Positions 26,101-32,897 of a DNA stretch of 32,897 nt are shown piece by piece. How positions within the stretch are numbered: position 1 is the first letter of the stretch; each line of letters begins with the position of its first letter. Below the pieces are notes generated by a model that ran no database searches, was not told the origin of the DNA, and saw only the letters and a list, made by a program, of their open reading frames with translations. The position numbers and the translations under genes are program-made. The stretch covers positions 1 through 32,897 of the IMG/VR virus record IMGVR_UViG_3300049170_000119. One strand, given 5' to 3'. The DNA is from a virus (lineage: Duplodnaviria > Caudoviricetes).

Positions 26101-26556
26101 CGCTACAGCGACGGCAACAACTTGTACATGGCCCGGCTTACGTTCAACACGTCGGGCAGTATCGAGCTGGATATTCGGTCTCGGGTCAGCAGCTCCGAAA
26201 CGTCCATCGGGAGCCACACACTCACGGCCACCCACACGGCTGGCACGTTTTACCGGGTCCGCTTCCAGGTGATCGGCGACGACCTGCGGGCGAAGGCATG
26301 GCCGGTGACCGGTGCCGAGCCGAACGGCTGGCAGCTCGCGGTCACGGACGCGGCCCTGTCCGGCGTGGGCAGCGTCGGTGTCCGCTCGATCCTGTCCTCG
26401 GCAAACACGAACGTGAACCCGGAAGTCCGGTACGACAACTTCGAGCTGGTCAACCCGCAGACCTTCACCGTGCAGCGCTCGGTCAACACCGTCACCAAGG
26501 CCCACACCGTGGGCACGGCCGTCGCCCTGGCCACCCCCGCCATCGTCGCCCTATAG
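23194..26556 (+). CDS. Large tail-tip/hub protein with several LamG/lectin-like beta domains (1120 aa)
   Basis: VELDLGGTWTDISDDV...ITRGRSD, LLAYWPLEDG, VRNDVTVTR motifs; ATGA overlap with tape measure. Confidence 0.85.
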   Translation: MTFPDTPLPITVELDLGGTWTDISDDVYERDTIRITRGRSDWGQQVDHGRCVFTLNNATGNYSLRNPLGDYYELIGRNTPVRVSVGAGDAYLALTGSSTGYASTPDTAILDVTGDLDIRIEAALDNWQEESGSVEFAAKYQISGDNRSWYFRITSGIPGLSWSPDGTLASVISATATEAIVFPTSNRIALRATLDVDNLDSGHTVTFYTSDSISGEWTRLGDPVVTSGTTSVHAGTAVLEVGTAADIVGVPAQGRIYAFQLLDGINGNTAADIDFTAQTVDETSFVGDDGLTWTVQGDAAISNRKVRFLGEIASWPVRWDTGGDDVYVQVEAAGIMRRLGQGAAPLQSTLRRRIPSDPNLLAYWPLEDGENATQAASALSNVRAMISSGLDYGSVDTLAGSSALPTLDSQSGAHLPMIHGFVPYSATGEWMVEFVYKRDDPDATLYTHMRILTSGTVREWYLQMSSTGGRVLGRDGDGNDVVDDPFVWTTVTPFGDWYRMRFAVTPDGSNIDYTLSWIQVADSTISWSGTVAGTVGRVTAVTAPPNGYAAALDGMALGHIAVFSSATSTIFDYADHGYSGETAGARITRLAAEEDVALRLYGSTTRQELMGPQTPDRLLDVLRAAADADQGILYEEREAVALAYRDRFSFYNQDDGLTLDYTGTDGLVTPLDPVDDDQHVRNDVTVTRVGGSSARVTQTSGPLSTLPPPSGVGAYPDAVTRNLYRDSQAEQAAGWMMHLGTWDETRYPVIKVLLQNAVHLIEDAAAVDIGSRLAITNPPSWLPPDAIDEHVQGYTEILHQFRWELEWTCTPSGPWTVAVVDNPVNARLGTAGSELAVAVDSDDTTLTVATTDSPLWITSASHPSEDLFNIKLGGEVVTVTAISSAISDAFARTESNGWGAADVGGAWTNDGGSAANYSVGGGVGVHTLTSVNASRRSTLPAPSADVDLYADVATSALATGGFIGGGPVVRYSDGNNLYMARLTFNTSGSIELDIRSRVSSSETSIGSHTLTATHTAGTFYRVRFQVIGDDLRAKAWPVTGAEPNGWQLAVTDAALSGVGSVGVRSILSSANTNVNPEVRYDNFELVNPQTFTVQRSVNTVTKAHTVGTAVALATPAIVAL

Positions 26557-26571
26557 GAGAGGAGGCCCCTT

Positions 26572-27090
26572 ATGCGCGGATATCACTTCGTCGCCGGAGA
26601 GGAGCTCACGGCTGCGAAGCTCAACCGCGGCGAGCTCGTCGAATGCGCCGTCATCACCACCAACGCATCAACAACCGCGTCCACTACCGAAGTCGCCATC
26701 ATCACCACCTCCTCCATCACCCTGGAGAACGGCCGCGCCTACGAATTCATCCTCCGCGGCCTCGTCAGCCACGCCTCCACAAACCTGACCGACATTGCCG
26801 TATTCCGGCTACGCCGCACCAGCAGCACCGGAACCTTTATCCGGTCCTTCGGAAGCCTGCCCGTCACCAACCGGGGCACCGCCAACCGCAACCACGCCGT
26901 CGACATGTCGCACATCGCCGTCAACGACACCGGCGCCGACATCACCGACGTCATCGTCGCCACCTACAGCTGGGAGACCGGCAGCTCCGCAACGTTCACG
27001 TTCGCTGCGTCCGCCGTGTCGCCTGCGACTCTCTCCATCTACGACCTCGGTCCCTCGTCCGAATACGCCGGTACCGGCGCCATCACCTAG
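26572..27090 (+). CDS. Minor tail/short fibre-like protein
   Basis: N-terminal FVAGEELTAAKLN motif, then Thr/Ser-rich beta domain; GAGGAGG RBS. Confidence 0.65.
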   Translation: MRGYHFVAGEELTAAKLNRGELVECAVITTNASTTASTTEVAIITTSSITLENGRAYEFILRGLVSHASTNLTDIAVFRLRRTSSTGTFIRSFGSLPVTNRGTANRNHAVDMSHIAVNDTGADITDVIVATYSWETGSSATFTFAASAVSPATLSIYDLGPSSEYAGTGAIT

Positions 27091-27099
27091 GAGGCTTCT

Positions 27100-27384
27100 G
27101 TGGCATTCCCCACCGCCGGCTACCAGCCCGGCACCGTGCAGTACATGATCGAAATCTATCGGCCCGAGGACACGAGTATTGGTTTCGGCGATACGGCTAT
27201 CGCGTTCGACCTGCCCGTGGACGAGAGGTTCGAGGCGGAGTATCAGGCGTTCGCCGAATCGGTGCGGACCAAGTTCCTTTCCTTGTATCCGGCCGGGTAT
27301 TCGGCCCGTATTTTCCGGGCGTGCCGCGGGGGTCAGGCCGATCAGGAGATCGGGGACCTGTTCCCGGCCCCGGCGGGGGCCTGA
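27100..27384 (+). CDS. Hypothetical protein (94 aa)
   Basis: GGAGG RBS, GTG start; visibly lower GC3. Confidence 0.65.
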   Translation: MAFPTAGYQPGTVQYMIEIYRPEDTSIGFGDTAIAFDLPVDERFEAEYQAFAESVRTKFLSLYPAGYSARIFRACRGGQADQEIGDLFPAPAGA

Positions 27385-27401
27385 CCTGAGAGGAGGACCC
27401 C

Positions 27402-28379
27402 ATGGCCACACCACTCACCCACGACCAATGGCTGACGAAACTCCGCGCCGAGGGCGTCACCGCCGTCGAGTACCCCGGGTGGCGCACCCGCGAGCGGGAC
27501 GACGAGACCGGCAAGACCTTCGGCCCGGTCCGCATGTTCCTCAACCACCACACCGCCGGCCGTAACTCTCGCGACCTGGTGGCGAAGAACGGCGTGGCCG
27601 GCCTGCCGGGGCCGCTCGCGCACGTCTACCTCGCCAAGTCGGGCGTGGCGACGATGTGCAGCGCGGGCCGGACCAACCACGCCGGGCTGATGGCGCTCAA
27701 CGCCTACGCCTCGTTCCGGGATGAGAAGTCGAGCCACCCGGCGCCGTCGCGTGCCTCGGGCACGGTCGACGGGAACGACGTCGCCTACGGCATCGAGACG
27801 GAGAACCTCGGCGACGGCCAGGATGAGTACCCGCGCGAGCAGTACGACGCGTGGGTGCGGATCAACGCCGCCGTATGCCGCCACCACGGCTGGACGGCCG
27901 ACTCGTGCGGCGGCCACCTTGAGACGTCCATCGAGGGAAAGATCGACCCGCGCGGACCCGTAGAGGGCTACGGCAGCCGGGGCCGCTTCCCGTTCACCAT
28001 GCGGCAGTTCCGTGCCGACGTCGACGAGCGCCTCGCGCACCCCGCGTCGTGGTCGCCCGGCACGCCCACCAGCACCCCGCCGCCCGCAGAGGAGACCGGC
28101 ATGCAGATGAACGACGTCGTGAAAATCGGCGGCTGGATCAAAGCCCGCTGGCCCGACCTCGCGGACGGCGCGATCAGCGTCAACACCGCGCTCGCCTCCG
28201 GCTACGCCCATGGCCGTGCCGCCAACGAGAACACGGTCGCCATCCTGGCACGGCTCGACCAGGCCATGGCCCGGCCGCTCACCGACGACCAGATCGCCGC
28301 CATTGCCCAGGCGGTCGCCACCCACCCGGCCCTGGCCGAAGCCATCGCCGACACGCTCGCCGCCCGGCTTGCCGAATAG
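27402..28379 (+). CDS. Endolysin, N-acetylmuramoyl-L-alanine amidase (Amidase_2-like)
   Basis: LNHHTAG, LPGPLAH, GRTNHAG, YGIETEN, GHLE...KIDP zinc-amidase motifs. Confidence 0.92.
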   Translation: MATPLTHDQWLTKLRAEGVTAVEYPGWRTRERDDETGKTFGPVRMFLNHHTAGRNSRDLVAKNGVAGLPGPLAHVYLAKSGVATMCSAGRTNHAGLMALNAYASFRDEKSSHPAPSRASGTVDGNDVAYGIETENLGDGQDEYPREQYDAWVRINAAVCRHHGWTADSCGGHLETSIEGKIDPRGPVEGYGSRGRFPFTMRQFRADVDERLAHPASWSPGTPTSTPPPAEETGMQMNDVVKIGGWIKARWPDLADGAISVNTALASGYAHGRAANENTVAILARLDQAMARPLTDDQIAAIAQAVATHPALAEAIADTLAARLAE

Positions 28380-28403
28380 GCATCTCACAGAACAGGAACA
28401 CCC

Positions 28404-28721
28404 ATGAACGCCACCCTCAACACCGCCTACTGGCTGGGCCTCTGCATCAGCGTGGTTCTCCCGGTTCTCGTCGGCCTCGTCACCACCCGCGTCACCCACC
28501 CCGGCACCAAGGCCGTCCTCCTCCTGGCCCTGTCCACGGCGAACGGCTTCCTCGTCGAGCTGGCCAACCCGGGCCCCGGCTGGGACGCAGGCACCGCCGC
28601 GATCCTCACCCTCGTCAGCTTCGCCACCGGTGTGCTCACCCACTTCGGCCTGTGGAAGCCCACCGGAGTCGCGGGCAAGGCACAGGACAGCCTCCGCTCC
28701 GCCCAGCCCACCGAGGCCTGA
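28404..28721 (+). CDS. Holin (three TM)
   Basis: Directly after the endolysin; VVLPVLVGLVT...HFGLWKPTGV. Confidence 0.8.
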   Translation: MNATLNTAYWLGLCISVVLPVLVGLVTTRVTHPGTKAVLLLALSTANGFLVELANPGPGWDAGTAAILTLVSFATGVLTHFGLWKPTGVAGKAQDSLRSAQPTEA

Positions 28722-28751
28722 CCTGCCCTCTTCGCACGCCACGGAGGGCAC

Positions 28752-29018
28752 ATGGACGCCGCCATGGTCACAGCTGTTGCCGCACTGATCGCGGGGCCTG
28801 TGACCGCGGCGGCCGCCATGTACGGCACCCGCGGCGCGAACAGGGCGGCCCGGGAGGGCGGCGTGATCACCGGATACGACAGTCTCACGGCACGACTGAC
28901 GGCCGAGCGGGACAAGGCCGAGCAGGACCAGGCCGCGGCCGAAGCACGGGCGGCAGCCCTTGAACTTGAGGTGGCCCGCCTCCGACTGCTGGTGACGCAG
29001 CTTGGGGGTACGCCATGA
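28752..29018 (+). CDS. Membrane-anchored coiled-coil protein of the lysis cassette
   Basis: N-terminal TM, then heptad-like helix; GGAGG RBS. Confidence 0.7.
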   Translation: MDAAMVTAVAALIAGPVTAAAAMYGTRGANRAAREGGVITGYDSLTARLTAERDKAEQDQAAAEARAAALELEVARLRLLVTQLGGTP

Positions 29019-29692
29019 GTAGGGCTGAAATGCTGTGCTACCGCCGCCGGGTGCTGCTGTTCATCGTCGGGGCGCTCCTCTTCCTCGGTGGCGCGCTTGC
29101 GATCGCGTTCCTGCAGATCGGCCGCGCGGAGGATCGGGCCGTCCGGCTTGCCGCAGAGGCGGACCTTCGCGGCAGCGCGGTCACGACGCTGGCCGGGGAT
29201 GTGCGGGTGCTGCGAGCGCAGATCGAGGCGCGGGGTGGTACGCCGGCGGCGCCGGATCCGGAGCGGGCGGTCGATGATCTGCCGGACCGGGCTGAGGTGC
29301 CGGTGCCGATCCCCGGGCCGCCGGGGCCGGCCGGTGAGCCGGGCAAGCAGGGACCGTCGGGCACCTCGGGTGAGGACGGGGCAGACGGCATCGACGGCGA
29401 GCCCGGAGCGGACGGCCAGGACGGGGAGACCGGCCCCGCCGGACCGGCAGGACCACAAGGCCCGGCCGGTCCGCAGGGCGAGCCAGGGGAGCAGGGCCCC
29501 CGTGGTGAGCAGGGGCCGCCCGGTCCGGCCGGCCCGGCTGGTCAGTCCTGCCCCGAGGGCTACTCGTGGCAGACCCCGAGCTATGACCCGGACGCGAAGG
29601 TCTGCCGCCGCGACGAGGCGCCACCGTCGGGCGGCGAGCCGCCCCCGCCGCTGTCTCTGGCGCTGGACCCCAGCCGCCGGCAGTACCCGTAG
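29015..29692 (+). CDS. Membrane-anchored collagen-like protein
   Basis: TM, coiled coil, 26 consecutive Gly-X-Y triplets (29315-29548), CPEGYSW...VCRR. Confidence 0.88.
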   Translation: MSRAEMLCYRRRVLLFIVGALLFLGGALAIAFLQIGRAEDRAVRLAAEADLRGSAVTTLAGDVRVLRAQIEARGGTPAAPDPERAVDDLPDRAEVPVPIPGPPGPAGEPGKQGPSGTSGEDGADGIDGEPGADGQDGETGPAGPAGPQGPAGPQGEPGEQGPRGEQGPPGPAGPAGQSCPEGYSWQTPSYDPDAKVCRRDEAPPSGGEPPPPLSLALDPSRRQYP

Positions 29693-29777
29693 GGGTCACT
29701 GTTCCGTCACACGGCTGCCGCAGGCCCTCCGCACGGCGCATGATGCACACCACCAACCACCAGTCCTTGGGGGGACC

Positions 29778-30185
29778 ATGCGCCACCGCGCCATAGCCGT
29801 AGCCGCCGCTCTGCTGCTGGCTACTCTCACCGCCTGCGGAAGCGACGACGTCAGCGACGCCACAGCCAGCCCATCACCGTCCACGTCCGCCGACCCGCAG
29901 GTCGCGTTCCTCGCCTCCGTGACAGCCGCCGGCTTCAACAGCTGGTCAGAATCCCAGCCCACAGACGAGGAGCTGGTCACCTACCCGCCGAAGTGGTGCA
30001 GCGAATTCGACGCTGACCACAGCGTGCAGTACGTCCTCGACGACCCGAACCTGTACCCCATCGGCCAGGACTGGGGCACGGCCATGCCTGACGCCCAGCA
30101 GCTTGTCGTCCTCGCGGTGAAGGCGTACTGCCCAGAGCATCGGCCGATGGTGGTGGAAGAGCTGAAGGCGAGCGGCGCCTACTGA
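29778..30185 (+). CDS. Lipoprotein (DUF732-like C-terminus)
   Basis: MRHRAIAVAAALLLATLTA-C lipobox; WC...AVKAYCP; GGGGGA RBS. Confidence 0.75.
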   Translation: MRHRAIAVAAALLLATLTACGSDDVSDATASPSPSTSADPQVAFLASVTAAGFNSWSESQPTDEELVTYPPKWCSEFDADHSVQYVLDDPNLYPIGQDWGTAMPDAQQLVVLAVKAYCPEHRPMVVEELKASGAY

Positions 30186-30259
30186 TCCCTGCGCCCTGTT
30201 GACCGCCGGGCCTCCACCGCTACGGTGCCGCGTACCGACACCGAACGAGGGGAACCACC

Positions 30260-30988
30260 ATGGCCCGGCGACTGCAGCGAGTCGGCTCCAACTCCGGCAA
30301 CGACGGCTGCCCCACCCTGTACCAACTGCCGGGCGCTGACGCCTACGTCGTCCAAGGCGACCGCGTCACCGACCCCGCCGAGCTGGAGCAGCTCGACAAC
30401 CTCACCCCCGACGAAGCGGCCGTCGTCGTCCCCCGCGAGCTGCTCGCCAACTTCGGCCCCAAGGAACCCGTGCACGAGCCAGCGCCCATCAGCTTCGACG
30501 AGTTCACCGGCATGTTCACCACGCTCAAGCACTCCGCCTGGCGCCTGGAAACCCGCCGCCGGTACGCCAGCGACGAGCAGACAGACACCTACGCCCAGTT
30601 CCTCGCCGACGGCCGTGTCGACTGGGACCTCGACGACCCGTGGTGCCGCGGCCGCCGCGAGCAGGCCGCACTGGGGAAGCGGTTCGAGCGGGTACGGATC
30701 CTCGACGAGCCCCCGACCATGGGGCAGCGGTACCTCCTCGACAACGCCCGCCGCAACACGGCGGCCGGAGAGACCATCCGCGTCCTCAGCCGTGTGATGG
30801 CCGAGGAGCTCCACCTGCCGCGCGAGGACTTCTGGGTGTTCGACGCCCGGGTCGTGGGCCTGCTCCACTTCGACGACGCCGACGAGATCACCGGAGTGGA
30901 GCTCATCACCACCCCCAGTGAAGTGCTTCGCTACCTCCAGGCCCGCGAGGCCGCATGGCACCACGCCACCCCATACGACCAGGCGTAG
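30260..30988 (+). CDS. DUF6879-like protein with extra N-terminal GCPTLY domain
   Basis: SAWRLETRRRY, RFERVRILDEPPT, DFWVFD, REAAWHHATPY. Confidence 0.8.
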   Translation: MARRLQRVGSNSGNDGCPTLYQLPGADAYVVQGDRVTDPAELEQLDNLTPDEAAVVVPRELLANFGPKEPVHEPAPISFDEFTGMFTTLKHSAWRLETRRRYASDEQTDTYAQFLADGRVDWDLDDPWCRGRREQAALGKRFERVRILDEPPTMGQRYLLDNARRNTAAGETIRVLSRVMAEELHLPREDFWVFDARVVGLLHFDDADEITGVELITTPSEVLRYLQAREAAWHHATPYDQA

Positions 30989-31004
30989 CCGCTACCGTGC
31001 CCAT

Positions 31005-31847
31005 GTGAGCACGGACTACCAGCAGGGACGGGCGGCGCTCGGCGCGAGACTCCGCGAGCTGCGCGCCGCCACCTCGCTCACCGGCCGCGGGTTCGCCGAA
31101 CGGCTCGGCTGGCCCCAGTCCAAGGTCAGCAAGCTGGAGACCGGACGCCAGACCGCCACCCCGGACGACCTCCGTGCCTGGGCCGAAGCTGCCGACCGGC
31201 CCGACGTCGCCCCCGAGTTGGTCGCCCAGCTCGGCTCCTTGGAGTCCCGGCAACGCACCTGGCGCCGCCAACTCGCCGCCGGCCACCGCCCCGTGCAGGA
31301 CGCCCTCACCGTCGAGTACGAGCAGTCCACCGTCCTGCGCGCCTGGCAGAACCACATGGTCGTCGGCATGCTCCAGACCGCGGACTACGCCCGCCACGTC
31401 TTCGCCGCCTACACAGACCTGTACCAGAGCCCCCGCGACATAGACGAAGCCGTCCGCGCCCGCATTCGCCGCCAGGCCCTCATGTACGACACCGGCCGAA
31501 CGTGGCACGTCCTCATGTGGGAGGCCGCGCTCCACACCCGCATCGCCCCGACTACGGTGATTGCCGGCCAGCTGGACCGGCTGGTGGGCACGCTCGGGCT
31601 GGATACGGTCCGGCTCGGCATCGTCCCGTTCGGCGCCCGGGTGGCCATCCCTCCGGGGCCTGGCTTCTGGCTGTATGACGAGCGGCTCGCGATCGTCGAG
31701 GACTGGCACGCTGAGCTGTGGCTCGACGAGGCGGACAGCGTCGCGGTGTACGCCCGGGTGTGGGACCTCCTGCACCAGGCGGCTGTGTACGGGTCGGCCG
31801 CGCATCGGCTGATTGCCCGCGCGCGGGCACAGTTGGATGCCGTCTGA
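31005..31847 (+). CDS. XRE HTH + DUF5753-type transcriptional regulator, probably leaderless
   Basis: LGARLRELR...GWPQSKVSKLETG, VVGMLQTADYAR, LMWEAAL, GIVPF; TACCGT, 6 nt, then GTG 31005. Confidence 0.88.
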   Translation: MSTDYQQGRAALGARLRELRAATSLTGRGFAERLGWPQSKVSKLETGRQTATPDDLRAWAEAADRPDVAPELVAQLGSLESRQRTWRRQLAAGHRPVQDALTVEYEQSTVLRAWQNHMVVGMLQTADYARHVFAAYTDLYQSPRDIDEAVRARIRRQALMYDTGRTWHVLMWEAALHTRIAPTTVIAGQLDRLVGTLGLDTVRLGIVPFGARVAIPPGPGFWLYDERLAIVEDWHAELWLDEADSVAVYARVWDLLHQAAVYGSAAHRLIARARAQLDAV

Positions 31848-31848
31848 G

Positions 31849-31934
31849 CATTCTCGCGAATCAGCATGAGCGGCTGGCGAATATTCGCGAATCAAGCAGG
31901 CCGCTGATTCTCGCTCGTTCCTACGGTGCTGGGC
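31849..31934. promoter_or_regulatory. AT-richer operator array and leaderless promoter
   Basis: TCGCGAATCA twice, palindrome GCGAATATTCGC, ATTCTCGC twice; TACGGT 7 nt before ATG 31935. Confidence 0.6.
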
Positions 31935-32132
31935 ATGGACACAGACACCCGCCCCCCGGGGGCTGCCGACGCGGGACCGTCACCCTTCTGCCACCAGCAC
32001 GGCGGGCCTGCGGCCACCGCGCTGCCGGTGCAGTTCGTCGCCCGCAACTCGGGCCCGGACGTGCTGCTGTACGCGTGCGCCCCGTGCCGCGAGGAGTACC
32101 GCCTGACCCCGCTCCGGGGGATGGTCGTATGA
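31935..32132 (+). CDS. Small putative zinc-binding protein (CxxH...CxxC)
   Basis: FCHQH...LYACAPCREEYRLTPL. Confidence 0.7.
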   Translation: MDTDTRPPGAADAGPSPFCHQHGGPAATALPVQFVARNSGPDVLLYACAPCREEYRLTPLRGMVV

Positions 32133-32380
32133 GCCGGGCCCAGTGGGATTACGTCGTCCACGACGGACGCGTCGGCCTCATCACCCTCGACCTCGGCGCA
32201 GGCATGTACCGGATCAGCTTCCACCACGGGCCCGCCCGCACGAAGCCCCGCGAGCTCACGGTGTACAGGCACGAGGTGACACCCGCGACCGAGGAACAGA
32301 AGGCCGCGGCGATCGCGGCCGGCCTGACCCGTGAGGCTGAGCAGAGCTGGCTGCCACGACGCGCCGGGCGGGCAACATGA
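32129..32380 (+). CDS. Small hypothetical protein (83 aa)
   Basis: ATGA overlaps at both ends. Confidence 0.6.
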   Translation: MSRAQWDYVVHDGRVGLITLDLGAGMYRISFHHGPARTKPRELTVYRHEVTPATEEQKAAAIAAGLTREAEQSWLPRRAGRAT

Positions 32381-32571
32381 CCACCGCCACCGGACTGGCG
32401 TGCCGCGAGGCCCCGATCCCTCCGGCTGGTGACCTGTCGTGGGAGGCATACGCGGGCCGGGCCTGCTACGCCTGCGAGAAGCAGCTCACCGTCGGCGCGG
32501 TCCTGGTGGGCCGGGCCGAAGGCCGCGACGGCGTACACGTCTACGACACCGACGTGTACGCCTGCCCCTGA
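32377..32571 (+). CDS. Small Cys-containing protein (CxxC...YACP)
   Basis: ATGA overlap; AGRACYACEKQL...DVYACP. Confidence 0.7.
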   Translation: MTTATGLACREAPIPPAGDLSWEAYAGRACYACEKQLTVGAVLVGRAEGRDGVHVYDTDVYACP

Positions 32572-32636
32572 CCGCCGCCCGGTCGTATGGCCCGGCCGGA
32601 CGGTAAGCGGTCCCCGAAGGCGAATCGGGTCCGCTG

Positions 32637-32672
32637 GCCCCGGCCGGTCCCCAGCCCGGGGCCGGCCGGGGC
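32637..32672. terminator. GC-rich hairpin between convergent genes
   Basis: GCCCCGGCCGGTCCC...GGGGCCGGCCGGGGC. Confidence 0.7.
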
Positions 32673-32897
32673 TCACTCGCGCATGAGGTCGGCGAGCGGG
32701 ACACCGATGGCGTCGGCAATGCGGATCAAGTTGTCGAGCAGTGCCGCACGGTGGCCCTGCTCGATCTCGCTCACGGTGGAGATGCGGATCCCGGCGTGGA
32801 GGGCGACGTCCTCCTGGGAGAGGTTCGCGCGGAGGCGGGCGGCGCGGATCTGGTCGCCGATGGCCCTGCGTCTGGCCCGGACGCGGTCGGCTGGCAT
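32673..32897 (-). CDS. XRE-family HTH regulator (start may lie beyond the window)
   Basis: IGDQIRAARLRANLSQEDVALHAGIRISTVSEIEQG...LIRIADAIGVPLADL. Confidence 0.88.
   Translation of the reverse strand: MPADRVRARRRAIGDQIRAARLRANLSQEDVALHAGIRISTVSEIEQGHRAALLDNLIRIADAIGVPLADLMRE

Larger units (their letters stand above)
1660..32897. mobile_element. Siphovirus-type Streptomyces (pro)phage region; true boundaries not determined
   Basis: Colinear terminase-portal-protease-capsid-neck-tail-tape measure-lysis order with tight ATGA/TGATG overlaps, flanked by small accessory genes. No att sites seen. Confidence 0.92.

Noticed and set aside
23194-27384. Diversity-generating retroelement or invertible tail-fibre cassette
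   Set aside because: No reverse transcriptase, invertase or template/variable repeat pair seen.
29315-29548. Repetitive GC-rich DNA as a tandem repeat element
   Set aside because: Explained by collagen Gly-X-Y coding.
1-32897. tRNA genes, att sites, in-frame TTA (bldA) codons
   Set aside because: None recognised by eye; the TTA triplets checked were out of frame. tRNAscan and a repeat search including flanks would be needed to exclude them.

Overview
High-GC, Streptomyces-like DNA carrying most of a siphovirus-type (pro)phage. Left (1-7.8 kb): small accessory and regulatory genes. These include a LexA-box DUF6233-like gene, a catalytic-domain-only tyrosine recombinase homologue, an HTH repressor divergent from a plasmid Spd/Tra-like membrane operon, and an RHH/DUF6221-like operon divergent from a stand-alone WYL gene. 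Middle (7.9-27.4 kb): an apparently intact virion morphogenesis operon (TerS, TerL, portal-MuF fusion, ClpP-type protease, HK97-fold capsid, neck, two tail-tube paralogues, frameshifted chaperone, tape measure, tail tip). Right (27.4-32.9 kb): lysis cassette, collagen-like protein, lipoprotein and an XRE/DUF5753-type regulatory module. The most striking feature is a 325-aa intein in the TerL nuclease motif. Its HNH/zinc-finger homing endonuclease is not in the intein frame but is a nested gene in another frame, with what looks like its own leaderless promoter. A second nested gene with an apparent ATC start lies in the head-neck region. No full integrase, replication module, att site, RNA gene or CRISPR array was recognised. 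All family names come from motif recognition by eye, not database searches.
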